Origin: a virus
Lineage: Duplodnaviria > Heunggongvirae > Uroviricota > Caudoviricetes
Reading direction: 5' to 3' (one strand)
Virus record (IMG/VR): IMGVR_UViG_2778261223_000007
Location: 12,132-76,131 of that record
Length of the DNA stretch: 64,000 bases
Positions 17,816-26,800 of this stretch are shown one piece after another. The position numbers were made by a program, and so were the translations under genes. Within the stretch, counting starts at the first letter, position 1; the number at the start of each line of letters is the position of its first letter. The notes under the pieces are model-generated. The model did not search any database and had not been told where the DNA came from. It worked only from the letters and a program-made list of their open reading frames with translations.

Positions 17816-19498
17816 ATGGCAACGAAAGACAAAAACAAAGGCTTTCTGTCAGCATTGAAGAAAGCCTTCAACGGTGGTGATGTTACGCCCGCCGATCCGG
17901 TCGTTTTTACGAGCGGGCATAGTGTCGTTGCTCGTTCCGGCCTGTCTGCTTTACGTCCAGGTATACTGGGGAGCAACAGCGATGGCATGACGAGTGCAGC
18001 AGATTCAATTTCTTTATCCGCTGAACTGCCCGGCGAGCGCCTGCAAAAGTACAACATCCTGGAAACGATGGCTAAAAGCCCGACTATCTCGACGGCTTTA
18101 AACATTCACATTGCACATGCGCTTGCGCCTTCAAAAAAAACCGGACAAGCATTCATCCTTTCGCCAAAGGATGGTTCCGATGCTGAGGCAGTAAGTAGAT
18201 GTGAAGAGTTAACCGCTGATTTGGGGGCGATGATTAATGACGGACTTCCTTCATGGGCCATGATTATGGCTATCTTTGGGGTGTCTTATGTCCGACCTTA
18301 TGCTGAACAGGGCAGGGGGATAACAGGCATTGAGTCCAGTTATTACACTCTGCCACACTTCGTCCAGGAGTTTTATCGTGGTAGCCAGCTGGTAGGTTTC
18401 AGTGGTGATTACATTCTGGATACGCATAGTTTGCGCAGAGTAATAACCGAACCGTGGAATCTGGTTTCCATGAAAAATCCCTATTGGACGCCACAGCATA
18501 AAGTTATTCCGGTTAGCTACGGCACAAAAGGGTACTCACTGTTAAGTGATCAGGCTGATAAGCCGTTAATGGAGACGCAGAATTACGGAACTTCATTCCT
18601 GGAATACAGCTATGAACCTTACCTTAATTTATGTGCTTCGCTCGCCGCGCTGAAATCAACGCGAAATAATGCAGCCAAAATTGACCGCCTGATTGCTCTT
18701 ACGACGAACACACTGGACCCGGTTAATGCGGCGAACTATACGCGTGGCGTCAGCCAGGCATTGAAGCGTCATAGTGACCTGGTGGCGCAAAGGTCGATTA
18801 ATGCCAACGCTATTCCGACTGTGCTTAACCATCTGATACCTGTTATGGGAGACGGGAAGAACGGCATCACCATTGATACGCAATCCATACCCGCAGATAT
18901 CAGTGGTATCGAAGACGTTATGTTTCACCTCCGGCAGCTTGCTGCAAGCCTCGGCATTGACGCAACAATGCTTGGCTGGGCTGATCAGATGAGCGGAGGG
19001 CTTGGAGAAGGCGGCTGGCAGCAAACTGCTATCCAGGCTGCATTGCGTGCGAACTGGATCAGACAGGCCGCCCAGCGAACTATTTATCGGCTTCTGGACA
19101 TTCACCTCGCTTATAAATACGGCAAGGTTTACACCGAAACAAACCGCCCTTATGACGTGCAATTCAACTCAATGAACACTGCTATCCAGGAAGAGGAAAA
19201 CCGAGAACTGGATGCACGCGCCAACTTTGTTGCTGTCATCTCCCAAATTATGGACCAGATCCAGAACAACCCGAAACTGGCTGGTAGCGACGCGTTTATG
19301 CGTTATCTGTTCACTGAGCAGTTGCACATCGACGATGACACTCTCAACACCATGATCAAAGAGTTTAAGGCGAATGAATCAGAGCAAAACAACGAGCATG
19401 GTATGTACGAATCCGCGCCGTTGTCGTCCGGTGACGATCCGGAAAACTGGACGCCAGAACAGTTAATAAACTTTGCAAAATTTGTGATGAGCAATTAA
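17816..19498 (+). CDS. prt: portal protein
   Basis: 560 aa; followed immediately by a protease/scaffold-like gene, the P1 prt-pro arrangement. Confidence 0.65.
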   Translation: MATKDKNKGFLSALKKAFNGGDVTPADPVVFTSGHSVVARSGLSALRPGILGSNSDGMTSAADSISLSAELPGERLQKYNILETMAKSPTISTALNIHIAHALAPSKKTGQAFILSPKDGSDAEAVSRCEELTADLGAMINDGLPSWAMIMAIFGVSYVRPYAEQGRGITGIESSYYTLPHFVQEFYRGSQLVGFSGDYILDTHSLRRVITEPWNLVSMKNPYWTPQHKVIPVSYGTKGYSLLSDQADKPLMETQNYGTSFLEYSYEPYLNLCASLAALKSTRNNAAKIDRLIALTTNTLDPVNAANYTRGVSQALKRHSDLVAQRSINANAIPTVLNHLIPVMGDGKNGITIDTQSIPADISGIEDVMFHLRQLAASLGIDATMLGWADQMSGGLGEGGWQQTAIQAALRANWIRQAAQRTIYRLLDIHLAYKYGKVYTETNRPYDVQFNSMNTAIQEEENRELDARANFVAVISQIMDQIQNNPKLAGSDAFMRYLFTEQLHIDDDTLNTMIKEFKANESEQNNEHGMYESAPLSSGDDPENWTPEQLINFAKFVMSN

Positions 19499-19511
19499 CC
19501 GGAGGGAAATA

Positions 19512-20510
19512 ATGCAATCACTGAATACTGTTACGGATCGCTTCTCCCTGGTAGAGAAAATCCGCAAACACACACCGCAGAACAACCGAAATTACGTCAT
19601 TCAGTCGGTACGAGACACATTCAACTCGCCAGAAACAAAAGAGCGTATCGCGCTGGGTGAGATGTATGGTTATTACGGTCATGGTCGCCGGGCGATGCAC
19701 TATAACAAAACGAAAAGCCTGAACTTGCCGGAAGTCTCTGTTGTGATGGTAGATGGGAAGCCTGTTGTATTGGAGAACGTGCCGTCAAACAGGACTATCG
19801 ACATTTCGATTGACGACAACGGCATTGTTACGCATACGCAGGAAATACTGGATACAGACACCGGGCGTATTGTTCAGGGCATGATTAATTCTGGTGCTGG
19901 TGGTTGGTCGTGGGCTACATCTGGTCCAGATTCATCGGTATCCCTGGTAAAGTCTTTCCACGGCTTTGATTACGTAACTGTGCCTAACTATATCAGCCTC
20001 GACAAGAAAAGCCTGATGCTTGAATCAGCAGAAGAGCGCGATGCGGCTATTCATGCAGCACTTATCGAACAAGGTTTTACCGATAACGCTGCTACGGATC
20101 TGGTTCACCACTTTTCAGCAATGAAAAATCAGCAAGCCATGCTCGAATCTGCACATCGTGAAGCCCTGGAATCAGAATTGATGCTCCTTGAAGTGGAAAA
20201 CATACAGCTTCGAGATAAGCTGCGCGCTCAAACAGCGATGATGGAAAGCCAGGGGGAAAATGCAAAGCAATGCCGCCGGATTTTGCGTGACGCTATCCAG
20301 GAAATGCCTGTTTTTATCAGCGCAGAACAGCGCCGGGCGCTTTGCCGTATGCAGTCTGAAGATGATGCCCGCATAGTGGCTGCGATGCTTGAATCTCTTG
20401 GGGCAAATGCTACTTATGGCTTACCGGTATCAGGCAAGAAAGAACCAGAGTTATCACCGAAGGAGAACAAAAACACCACCCCGTTACTCTTCGTTTCTAG
20501 AAGGGGGTGA
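19512..20510 (+). CDS. pro: prohead protease / scaffold
   Basis: 332 aa with a globular N-terminal half and a coiled-coil C-terminal half; downstream of the portal gene. Confidence 0.55.
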   Translation: MQSLNTVTDRFSLVEKIRKHTPQNNRNYVIQSVRDTFNSPETKERIALGEMYGYYGHGRRAMHYNKTKSLNLPEVSVVMVDGKPVVLENVPSNRTIDISIDDNGIVTHTQEILDTDTGRIVQGMINSGAGGWSWATSGPDSSVSLVKSFHGFDYVTVPNYISLDKKSLMLESAEERDAAIHAALIEQGFTDNAATDLVHHFSAMKNQQAMLESAHREALESELMLLEVENIQLRDKLRAQTAMMESQGENAKQCRRILRDAIQEMPVFISAEQRRALCRMQSEDDARIVAAMLESLGANATYGLPVSGKKEPELSPKENKNTTPLLFVSRRG

Positions 20511-20522
20511 TTGCCTTGTTAA

Positions 20523-20539
20523 GTTAAATTTCTAACATA
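20523..20539 (+). promoter_or_regulatory. repressor-operator-like site GTTAAATTTCTAACATA
   Basis: Exact TTTCTAACA core, one of at least 10 copies in the window. Confidence 0.6.
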
Positions 20540-20625
20540 GTGTATTTATATACACTGTTGATCCTGGTGGATGGGATCGAGTAGGATCGCGGTCACTGCT
20601 CCGGTAGCGACTGCCAAAAAAGCAA

Positions 20626-20648
20626 AAGCCGCTGAGAAGCGGCTTTTT
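20626..20648 (+). terminator. intrinsic terminator after prt-pro
   Basis: AAGCCGC-TGAGAA-GCGGCTT followed by T5. Confidence 0.75.
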
Positions 20649-20710
20649 GGGTGTATAAATCCACTGCCATAGATTTATACGGTAGATAGATTTTTTCACG
20701 GAACTATCTG

Positions 20711-21673
20711 GTGAGTATTTTAAATTCAGTTTCAGTAACTTTCAACACTTCTGAGTATAAAAACAACACTGAATACCACAAAAAAATCAAAGGTCATCAG
20801 TTGAGTTTTTTTGCTCGTCATAGCGGTCTTCTTTCCCCTTCACATAGCGCCATTATTGCCGAGTTCGCCAACCTGGCAGGGTCTACCGATGAATACATGA
20901 TCCGTCGCTCATATGCTGATATGTCCGAGATTACAGGACGCAGTATTTCTACTGTGCGCCGGGCATTTGCTGAAGCGACGAAGTGCGGAATGCTTGTTAA
21001 GCAACATCAGGTAGCGAATAACAATGCCCAGGTGTGTAACGTATATCGGTTTACGACACAATTTCTCCACTTCATTCATGTAGCAATGGAGATAGGGGGT
21101 AAGCAGGGCATCAAATTTGCCAACGCCACAAAACTGGTTAAGCAGTTGATTTCAAAGGTTCGTTATTTTTTTGAAACTGGGAACCCCCTGTTCAAATTGA
21201 ACAAGTCCCCCCATGTTCAAAATGAACAGCCAATAGAAAATAAGAGTCACTCTATAGCCAAAAGAAGAGAAAGATCATACGCGGTTCAGCCAAAGGCTTC
21301 ACCAGCAGATAGTTCTCAAACGGATAACGGTGTACTGGATAAAAAACCAGTAATCAGGGAAGAACATACCAACCACTGCCTGGCGGCGGCAAAAGCGAGA
21401 GCTGCAAAGCGTCGTTCAGACGAGGGGCACGCAAAACGGCAGGCTCTGTATCGTACCGCTGAAAAGCTGGCAAAAAAATTTGCATGGATACGTAGTGCCG
21501 CTACCGCAGTGAATAAGCCTAAACAATCCAATGCCCTGGATTTCTCAATGGATTATTCTGGCTCCCAGGGGTGTGCAACCATTGGTGAAGCCTTTGACCT
21601 GATGAAACAGCGTGGCTATCGGTCTGAATTTGACCGGGAGGATTGGTCAATCCCTGCGGGATTTAGGGGATGA
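20711..21673 (+). CDS. winged-HTH DNA-binding protein (regulator or replication-initiator-like)
   Basis: 320 aa, GTG start. HTH segment YADMSEITGRSISTVRRAFAEATKCGMLV; basic, low-complexity centre. Confidence 0.45.
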   Translation: MSILNSVSVTFNTSEYKNNTEYHKKIKGHQLSFFARHSGLLSPSHSAIIAEFANLAGSTDEYMIRRSYADMSEITGRSISTVRRAFAEATKCGMLVKQHQVANNNAQVCNVYRFTTQFLHFIHVAMEIGGKQGIKFANATKLVKQLISKVRYFFETGNPLFKLNKSPHVQNEQPIENKSHSIAKRRERSYAVQPKASPADSSQTDNGVLDKKPVIREEHTNHCLAAAKARAAKRRSDEGHAKRQALYRTAEKLAKKFAWIRSAATAVNKPKQSNALDFSMDYSGSQGCATIGEAFDLMKQRGYRSEFDREDWSIPAGFRG

Positions 21674-21725
21674 CCTGTGTGTCTACAAAGCATCCCAATG
21701 ATCGGAAAATGCCCGCTCGATGATT

Positions 21726-21743
21726 TATGTTAGAAAATTAATT
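21726..21743 (-). promoter_or_regulatory. operator-like site (TATGTTAGAAAATTAATT) overlapping promoter TTGCTG-16 nt-TATGAT
   Basis: Exact core; the promoter hexamers lie at about 21744-21771 facing the icd/ant module. Confidence 0.6.
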
Positions 21744-21954
21744 TGCTGTTTCTAAATCGGAATGTATGATCTGCATCATCGACTGAAGTCATCCATTGCT
21801 GAAATTTTTAGTTGATCTTCCATGTTTTCAGGCTTATATTCATGCCGTCGTAGCAAATTCTGCGACCAGGTTTGACAGCCTGAATGTTAGTGCGGACAAC
21901 CGCAGATTTCCGATATTGCGGTATTTTTGTGTCCGTAAACCGCGTTACGCCCGA

Positions 21955-22085
21955 ATTATGGTGGGGCGTGATGGGGAGGCTTCGGCCTGCTGGTTTCACT
22001 AACGCCAGTCTGTCAACCCTGTCACGTCCTGCCACCTGTTTGACAGCGGGTAGCAGGTTGTTAAACCTGTTAGTGAGGCCGTAAC
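21955..22085 (+). ncRNA. candidate c4-type antisense/immunity RNA region
   Basis: ORF-free, hairpin-rich leader (GAGGC-TTCG-GCCT; CTGTCAA..TTGACAG) directly upstream of the icd-like ORF, as in P1 immI. Boundaries not determined. Confidence 0.25.
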
Positions 22086-22086
22086 T

Positions 22087-22311
22087 ATGGTTAATGCCAA
22101 TCCTTGCTCACGTCCAGAATTCATCTGGCGTTTCCACTCCCTGCAAAAACACTGCGATCACTTCGCAATTGCCGCAACCGAAAAAGAAGCCCGTTCTCTG
22201 ATCCCTGATCAGCATGGTGTTCTTACTGGTCGTTTCTCTACTTCCCCACAACCAAACACTAATCCCTGGTATCGCAATATTACCAATCCCGGCATTGCGG
22301 AGGCACACTGA
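22087..22311 (+). CDS. icd: Icd-like cell-division inhibitor
   Basis: 74 aa. EFIWRF..AATEKEARSL motif shared with the paralog at 58280; its stop overlaps the ant start (TGATG). Confidence 0.65.
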   Translation: MVNANPCSRPEFIWRFHSLQKHCDHFAIAATEKEARSLIPDQHGVLTGRFSTSPQPNTNPWYRNITNPGIAEAH

Positions 22312-23018
22312 TGGATATCTGCATTCTTGAAAAGCCATCAATGACCAGCATTGAGATCGCGGAGCTGGTGGGAAAACGTCATGACAATGTGAAGCGTACC
22401 ATTGAAACATTAGCCGAATCCGGCGTTATTGTTCGTCCTCAAATTGAGGATGAACCAAAAATAGATGTAATGGGGCGTTCTCGATTAATTCAGGTGTTCC
22501 GATTTAGCGACGAGCAAGGCAAACGAGACAGCATCATTGTAGTCGCACAGCTTTGTCCTGAGTTTACTGCCCGGCTGGTGGACCGCTGGCGCGAACTGGA
22601 AGAACAAGTACGCCAGCCGTTGACCGAAATAGAGATGATCGCCGCAATGGCTGCAAATGCAGTTCAGCAGCAAAAGCGGCTTCATGCTGTTGAGTCAAAG
22701 GTTAGCCAGGTCGCTGAAACCGTCGAGCAAATCAAGAAGGGCAATATGCCAGATGGCTACATTGGCTACCGCCAGCTGGCGGCGAAATGTGGCCTGACCG
22801 AAGCCAAATGCCGTAACCTGGTTAACGCTTACCGGATTCCCACCGATACACATGAGTTTTTAACTCCAGAGGGGGTATTGTCGCGTCGTTCCATCGTGGC
22901 CTTATCTCCCTTCATGAATGCTTTTAACCGGATGATGTCGGAGGCTGAACACCGAGGAAAACGCTGGTATCACCCCAAAATGGGGCAATTCCAGGTGATC
23001 GGTTGGGGAGGTGAGTGA
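22311..23018 (+). CDS. ant: antirepressor (Rha-type N-domain plus KilAC-like C-domain)
   Basis: MTSIEIAELVGKRHDNVKRTIE is the Rha-family signature; paralog of 58495-59421. Confidence 0.75.
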   Translation: MDICILEKPSMTSIEIAELVGKRHDNVKRTIETLAESGVIVRPQIEDEPKIDVMGRSRLIQVFRFSDEQGKRDSIIVVAQLCPEFTARLVDRWRELEEQVRQPLTEIEMIAAMAANAVQQQKRLHAVESKVSQVAETVEQIKKGNMPDGYIGYRQLAAKCGLTEAKCRNLVNAYRIPTDTHEFLTPEGVLSRRSIVALSPFMNAFNRMMSEAEHRGKRWYHPKMGQFQVIGWGGE

Positions 23019-23215
23019 TGGACATCATGCAGGCGGTAAAAAAAATCAGGGAAGGACAGGCTGAAGTGTGCCGCCGTAAAGCATGGAGTGTTGGTGTATG
23101 GGCCTGGCCTGATAATTACTCTACTACCGGATGGTTTTGTATTAATGGACTCCAGATCCGGGAAGTTGATTTATCGACGGCTGATATAGTCGGTAATGAT
23201 TGGATCGTGACTTGA
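23015..23215 (+). CDS. short DUF2829-like protein
   Basis: 66 aa with CRRKAW...DIVGNDWIVT. Homologous to the C-terminal 64 aa fused to Ant in the second module. Confidence 0.55.
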   Translation: MMDIMQAVKKIREGQAEVCRRKAWSVGVWAWPDNYSTTGWFCINGLQIREVDLSTADIVGNDWIVT

Positions 23216-23223
23216 AGCGTGAT

Positions 23224-23248
23224 GCCCCGGCCTGGCCGGGGCTTTTTT
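23224..23248 (+). terminator. intrinsic terminator
   Basis: GCCCCGG-CCTGG-CCGGGGC followed by T6. Confidence 0.8.
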
Positions 23249-23733
23249 CATGCCTCATTAGTTGAGGTTGCTGCGTCTCCGACTGGTAACAGAGCGGTAT
23301 TGCGTGGTTCGCCAGCAGGCCAGCGATAGCCAGACACTCTTGATGTTGGGAATGCGCGAATATTAACCGCATCCCCCTGGTTCCCACCCAGGACAAGCAG
23401 ATCGCCATTGGCGCGGCGTCCGACAACGAAGCCTACGTGCCCACCGCCTACACGGGTAAATACAACGATACATCCGTATGCCGGTGTATCTAATTTCTCG
23501 CCCCAATCCAGATAGGATTTTGCCGACTCAAATCTTGTTGAGCGGATGCCTACACGTTCCAGCATTGCACCGACAAATGCTGCGCACCACGGCGTTTCAT
23601 CGTCTTTAATTCCGCCGCGCTTGATGTCGCGCCAGAACTGAACGATTTCAGGGTTGTGTTTAGCGCCTTTTATTTCAGTCAGGCCAATGTGCTTACGGGC
23701 TTCAATTAGCCAGCGAGGTTCAATGTTTGCCAT
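23248..23733 (-). CDS. NlpC/P60-CHAP-type cell-wall hydrolase (TIGR02594-like), candidate endolysin
   Basis: 161 aa. ETPWCAAFV (catalytic Cys) and GGGHVGFVV (His); LVLGGNQGDAV. No signal or SAR sequence. A late-promoter motif lies upstream. Confidence 0.6.
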   Translation of the reverse strand: MANIEPRWLIEARKHIGLTEIKGAKHNPEIVQFWRDIKRGGIKDDETPWCAAFVGAMLERVGIRSTRFESAKSYLDWGEKLDTPAYGCIVVFTRVGGGHVGFVVGRRANGDLLVLGGNQGDAVNIRAFPTSRVSGYRWPAGEPRNTALLPVGDAATSTNEA

Positions 23734-23768
23734 ATTTTTCTCCCGGTCATGGGTTAATAAGTAGGCAA

Positions 23769-23789
23769 ACTATGGGGAGTATGTGATTT
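23769..23789 (-). promoter_or_regulatory. candidate late promoter AAATCACA-TACTCCC-CATAGT (minus strand)
   Basis: Motif copy 36 nt upstream of the hydrolase start codon. Confidence 0.5.
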
Positions 23790-23812
23790 TGACGGTAGTA
23801 TCGTCCCCCTGA

Positions 23813-23833
23813 AAATAACATTCTCCATACCCT
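23813..23833 (+). promoter_or_regulatory. candidate late promoter AAATAACA-TTCTCCA-TACCCT
   Basis: Motif copy 52 nt upstream of darB; divergent from the previous one. Confidence 0.45.
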
Positions 23834-23884
23834 CTCAACCGTACCGCATAGCGGAATTTTTTACGGTTTAGAGGGGGAAATCCT

Positions 23885-26800
23885 TTGGACAAACTACTTC
23901 ATTCAATCAGTGAAGCCTCCAGCTTAGGCGAACTGATTGAAATTGTTAGTCGGTTGCATAAATTACGTGCTGTTGCGACCTTTGGCGTCAGGAAAGCCGA
24001 TGGCGTCAGTATTCAGAAAACACGCCGGGCAGCAAATAATGCCGCAGTAAATCTTCTTAATTCCCTTCCGCCCGGCTTCGATGGGGCGAAATTAACTGAC
24101 GAACAACGTCAGATTCTTGCCGGGTATACCGGTGAAGGCGGCCTGACAGATGGTGAGGGCAGCCAATACGAATACTACACGCCACAGTTTATGGCTGAAG
24201 GTATATGGGATCTGTTTGCTGACTACGGTATTGATGGCGGGCACGTACTGGAACCATCAGCGGGCACAGGTATTTTCCAGGAGACAAAACGGCAGGGCAT
24301 GATAATGACCAGCGCGGAACTGTCTCCGATTTCTGGTCGAATAAACCAGCTTTTGCACCCGGAAGACGATGTGAATATCGGGGCGTTTGAGGCGCTGGCG
24401 GCGAAAGATGCAATGTATGACCACGCTGTTGGTAACGTACCGTTTGGTGAAGGGCGTTCCGGCGTTGCCGGGCTTGATCCGGCATATGCAAACGAGAAGA
24501 ACGTTGGCAATTACTTTGTGCTGCGCACGATCGACAAGGTTAAGCCTGGTGGGCTTATCGTATTGGTGGTGCCAAATGGCATGACCGATGGTACGAAATA
24601 TAAAAAATTGCGCGATAAAGTCAGCCGTAAAGCGGAATTTTTGGGCGCACATCGTATGCCTTCCGGTACGTTCAGCGAATCCGGTACAGATACCGTGGTG
24701 GACGTATGGGTATTGCGTAAACACCCGGAAACCTTCCTGGAGATGATCCCCGACACGGATGATTCAACACTCAAATCGGCAAACGTCCTTTGGGATACCT
24801 TCCTCAAAGGAAAATGGTTTACAACCGAAGGGAAGCGATTTGTTTACGGCGACATGGAACGTGCCAGCTTCCGCAATACCCTGGTGGTGAAAAAAGACGG
24901 TCGTGTATCCAATGAGTCGATGAAAACCGCGCTATCTCGTCGCTTTGATAGTCGCATCAATTGGGATTTGCTCGGCGTAACTACTCAGGCATGGCAGGGC
25001 GCGAAAGTGGGCGATAAACGCCTTGTAGGCGGTATCTGGCATGAGTTTGATGGTCTGAAATGGGTTAAGGACACGACAACCAAATCCTCCGCGCTTGATG
25101 TAAGTCGATATGGTGTTTCGACGTTTGGCGATCTGCAGATCGCGTTCCAGTCAACAAACGGGATTCTGGCTTTGTCATGGGACCAGATATCGGCGATCGC
25201 GTCCGACTATCCATCGGTTGTCAGTGATGAAGTGGCAGCAATGATTCGCTTTGCTGGCAAGCAGCGAGAAAAAGATAGAGAGCGCGTTATGCGCGGTGCG
25301 CTGATAGGGCAGTTGATCAACAAGGCACTTGATTTGCGTAACCTGGGGGTGAACGTTGATGACAAACTGGCAGATGCATCCCGCCTGGCGGCAGCAGAAG
25401 TTGCGAAGTATGGACCACCACACGCCATTAAGCTGAATGGGCTTGCTGAAGCTGGCGCTAAAAACTGGATGACGTTCACTGGCAATGTGAAACAGGATGG
25501 TTCCACTTCTGACCTTCTGGCAGGGCGACTTGATGTAACGGATGGTGCTGCCGGTATTGACTTTACACGTCCTGAACAAGTGATAGCACATCTTTTCAGT
25601 GATGTAGCCCTTAATCCTATAACGCTGGGAGACTTTCGTGAGGCGTTTGCTGGTGAACTGCCAGAGGACGACGACGCGGCCCTTGAATACCTGGCGAAAT
25701 TTGATGATATCGCTATTGATGGGTATGGCTGTCTGCTGCCGATGGACCGCGCCACCAGCGGCGATGTTGCAACCAAAACAGCACTGCTGGTGGGCTGGCG
25801 TGATGCGTCAACAGGTGAGCAGAAAGCGAACTTTGAGCGTCAGTTGGCGAAAATCGAAGAGAAACGCATTTTCACGCCACTAAATAAAGTCACCGTTAAT
25901 CTGAATGCCCGCTGGCTGGATCGCCGCTTGATAAAAGAGTTCTTGGCAGAGCAGGGCTATGACGAGTTTAAGTACACTGAACCTGATCTGAAGGTCGTCG
26001 ATGGCATTCTGGTATCTCCGGACGATTACGAAGGTAAGGACGGGGTATTTACCGGCTATCAGCTACGAACCGTAAACGGCAAAAACGGGAATGAGTTCAA
26101 GAAGGCCAACAATAAAGACGGCTTCCTGAACCAGTTAGAAAACTACCTGAACGGTGTTAAACCGCGTGGGCAGAACGCTAACGAGTACCTGGATAAAATT
26201 GCTCAACTGGAAGTTAGCTTTAACGACTGGTTACGCACCCACCCGCAGGCGGATCAGATAGCCCGTGACTATAACGACGCATTCAATGGTTTCATTCCGT
26301 TCACACATTCTGACGCACCGCTTGGCCTGGAAGGGATTAGTGGAAAGCGCATTCCTCTGACTTATCAGAATGAAGAAGTTCGGCGCTTGTCAGAAGATGG
26401 GCGTGGCATCATGGGATTTGGTACCGGGCTGGGTAAAACCACGACCGCGCTTGCGCTTGAGGCGTATAACTTCGAAACAGGTCGCACTAAACGCACGTGT
26501 ATTGTTGTTCCGAAGGCGGTTTATCAGAACTGGTATCACGAGGCACAGAGTTTCTACAGTGCTGATGCCTTCGCCAATATGATGTTTATCGGTTTGGATG
26601 AAGTTCGTGATGACAGCGGAAATATTCTGACCGCGCCGGTGCTTGATGAAAATGGCGAACCACGCCTCGACAGTAACGGGCAGCCTCTTACCAGAAATGT
26701 TGTGAAAGAGTCCTCCAGCGCCGTTATCGTTCAGCGTATGAACATGATCCCGTCGTCAAATTGGCGAACGGTCATCATGACAAAAGAACAATTCGCGTCT

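Noticed and set aside
17761-18105. 114-aa minus-strand ORF over the portal start
   Set aside because: It overlaps the late-promoter motif and the 5' end of the portal gene, and it has no SD.
21796-22084. ORFs of 66-75 aa in the leader of the first icd/ant module
   Set aside because: They overlap on both strands in a hairpin-rich region that corresponds to the c4-type RNA position. None has an SD.
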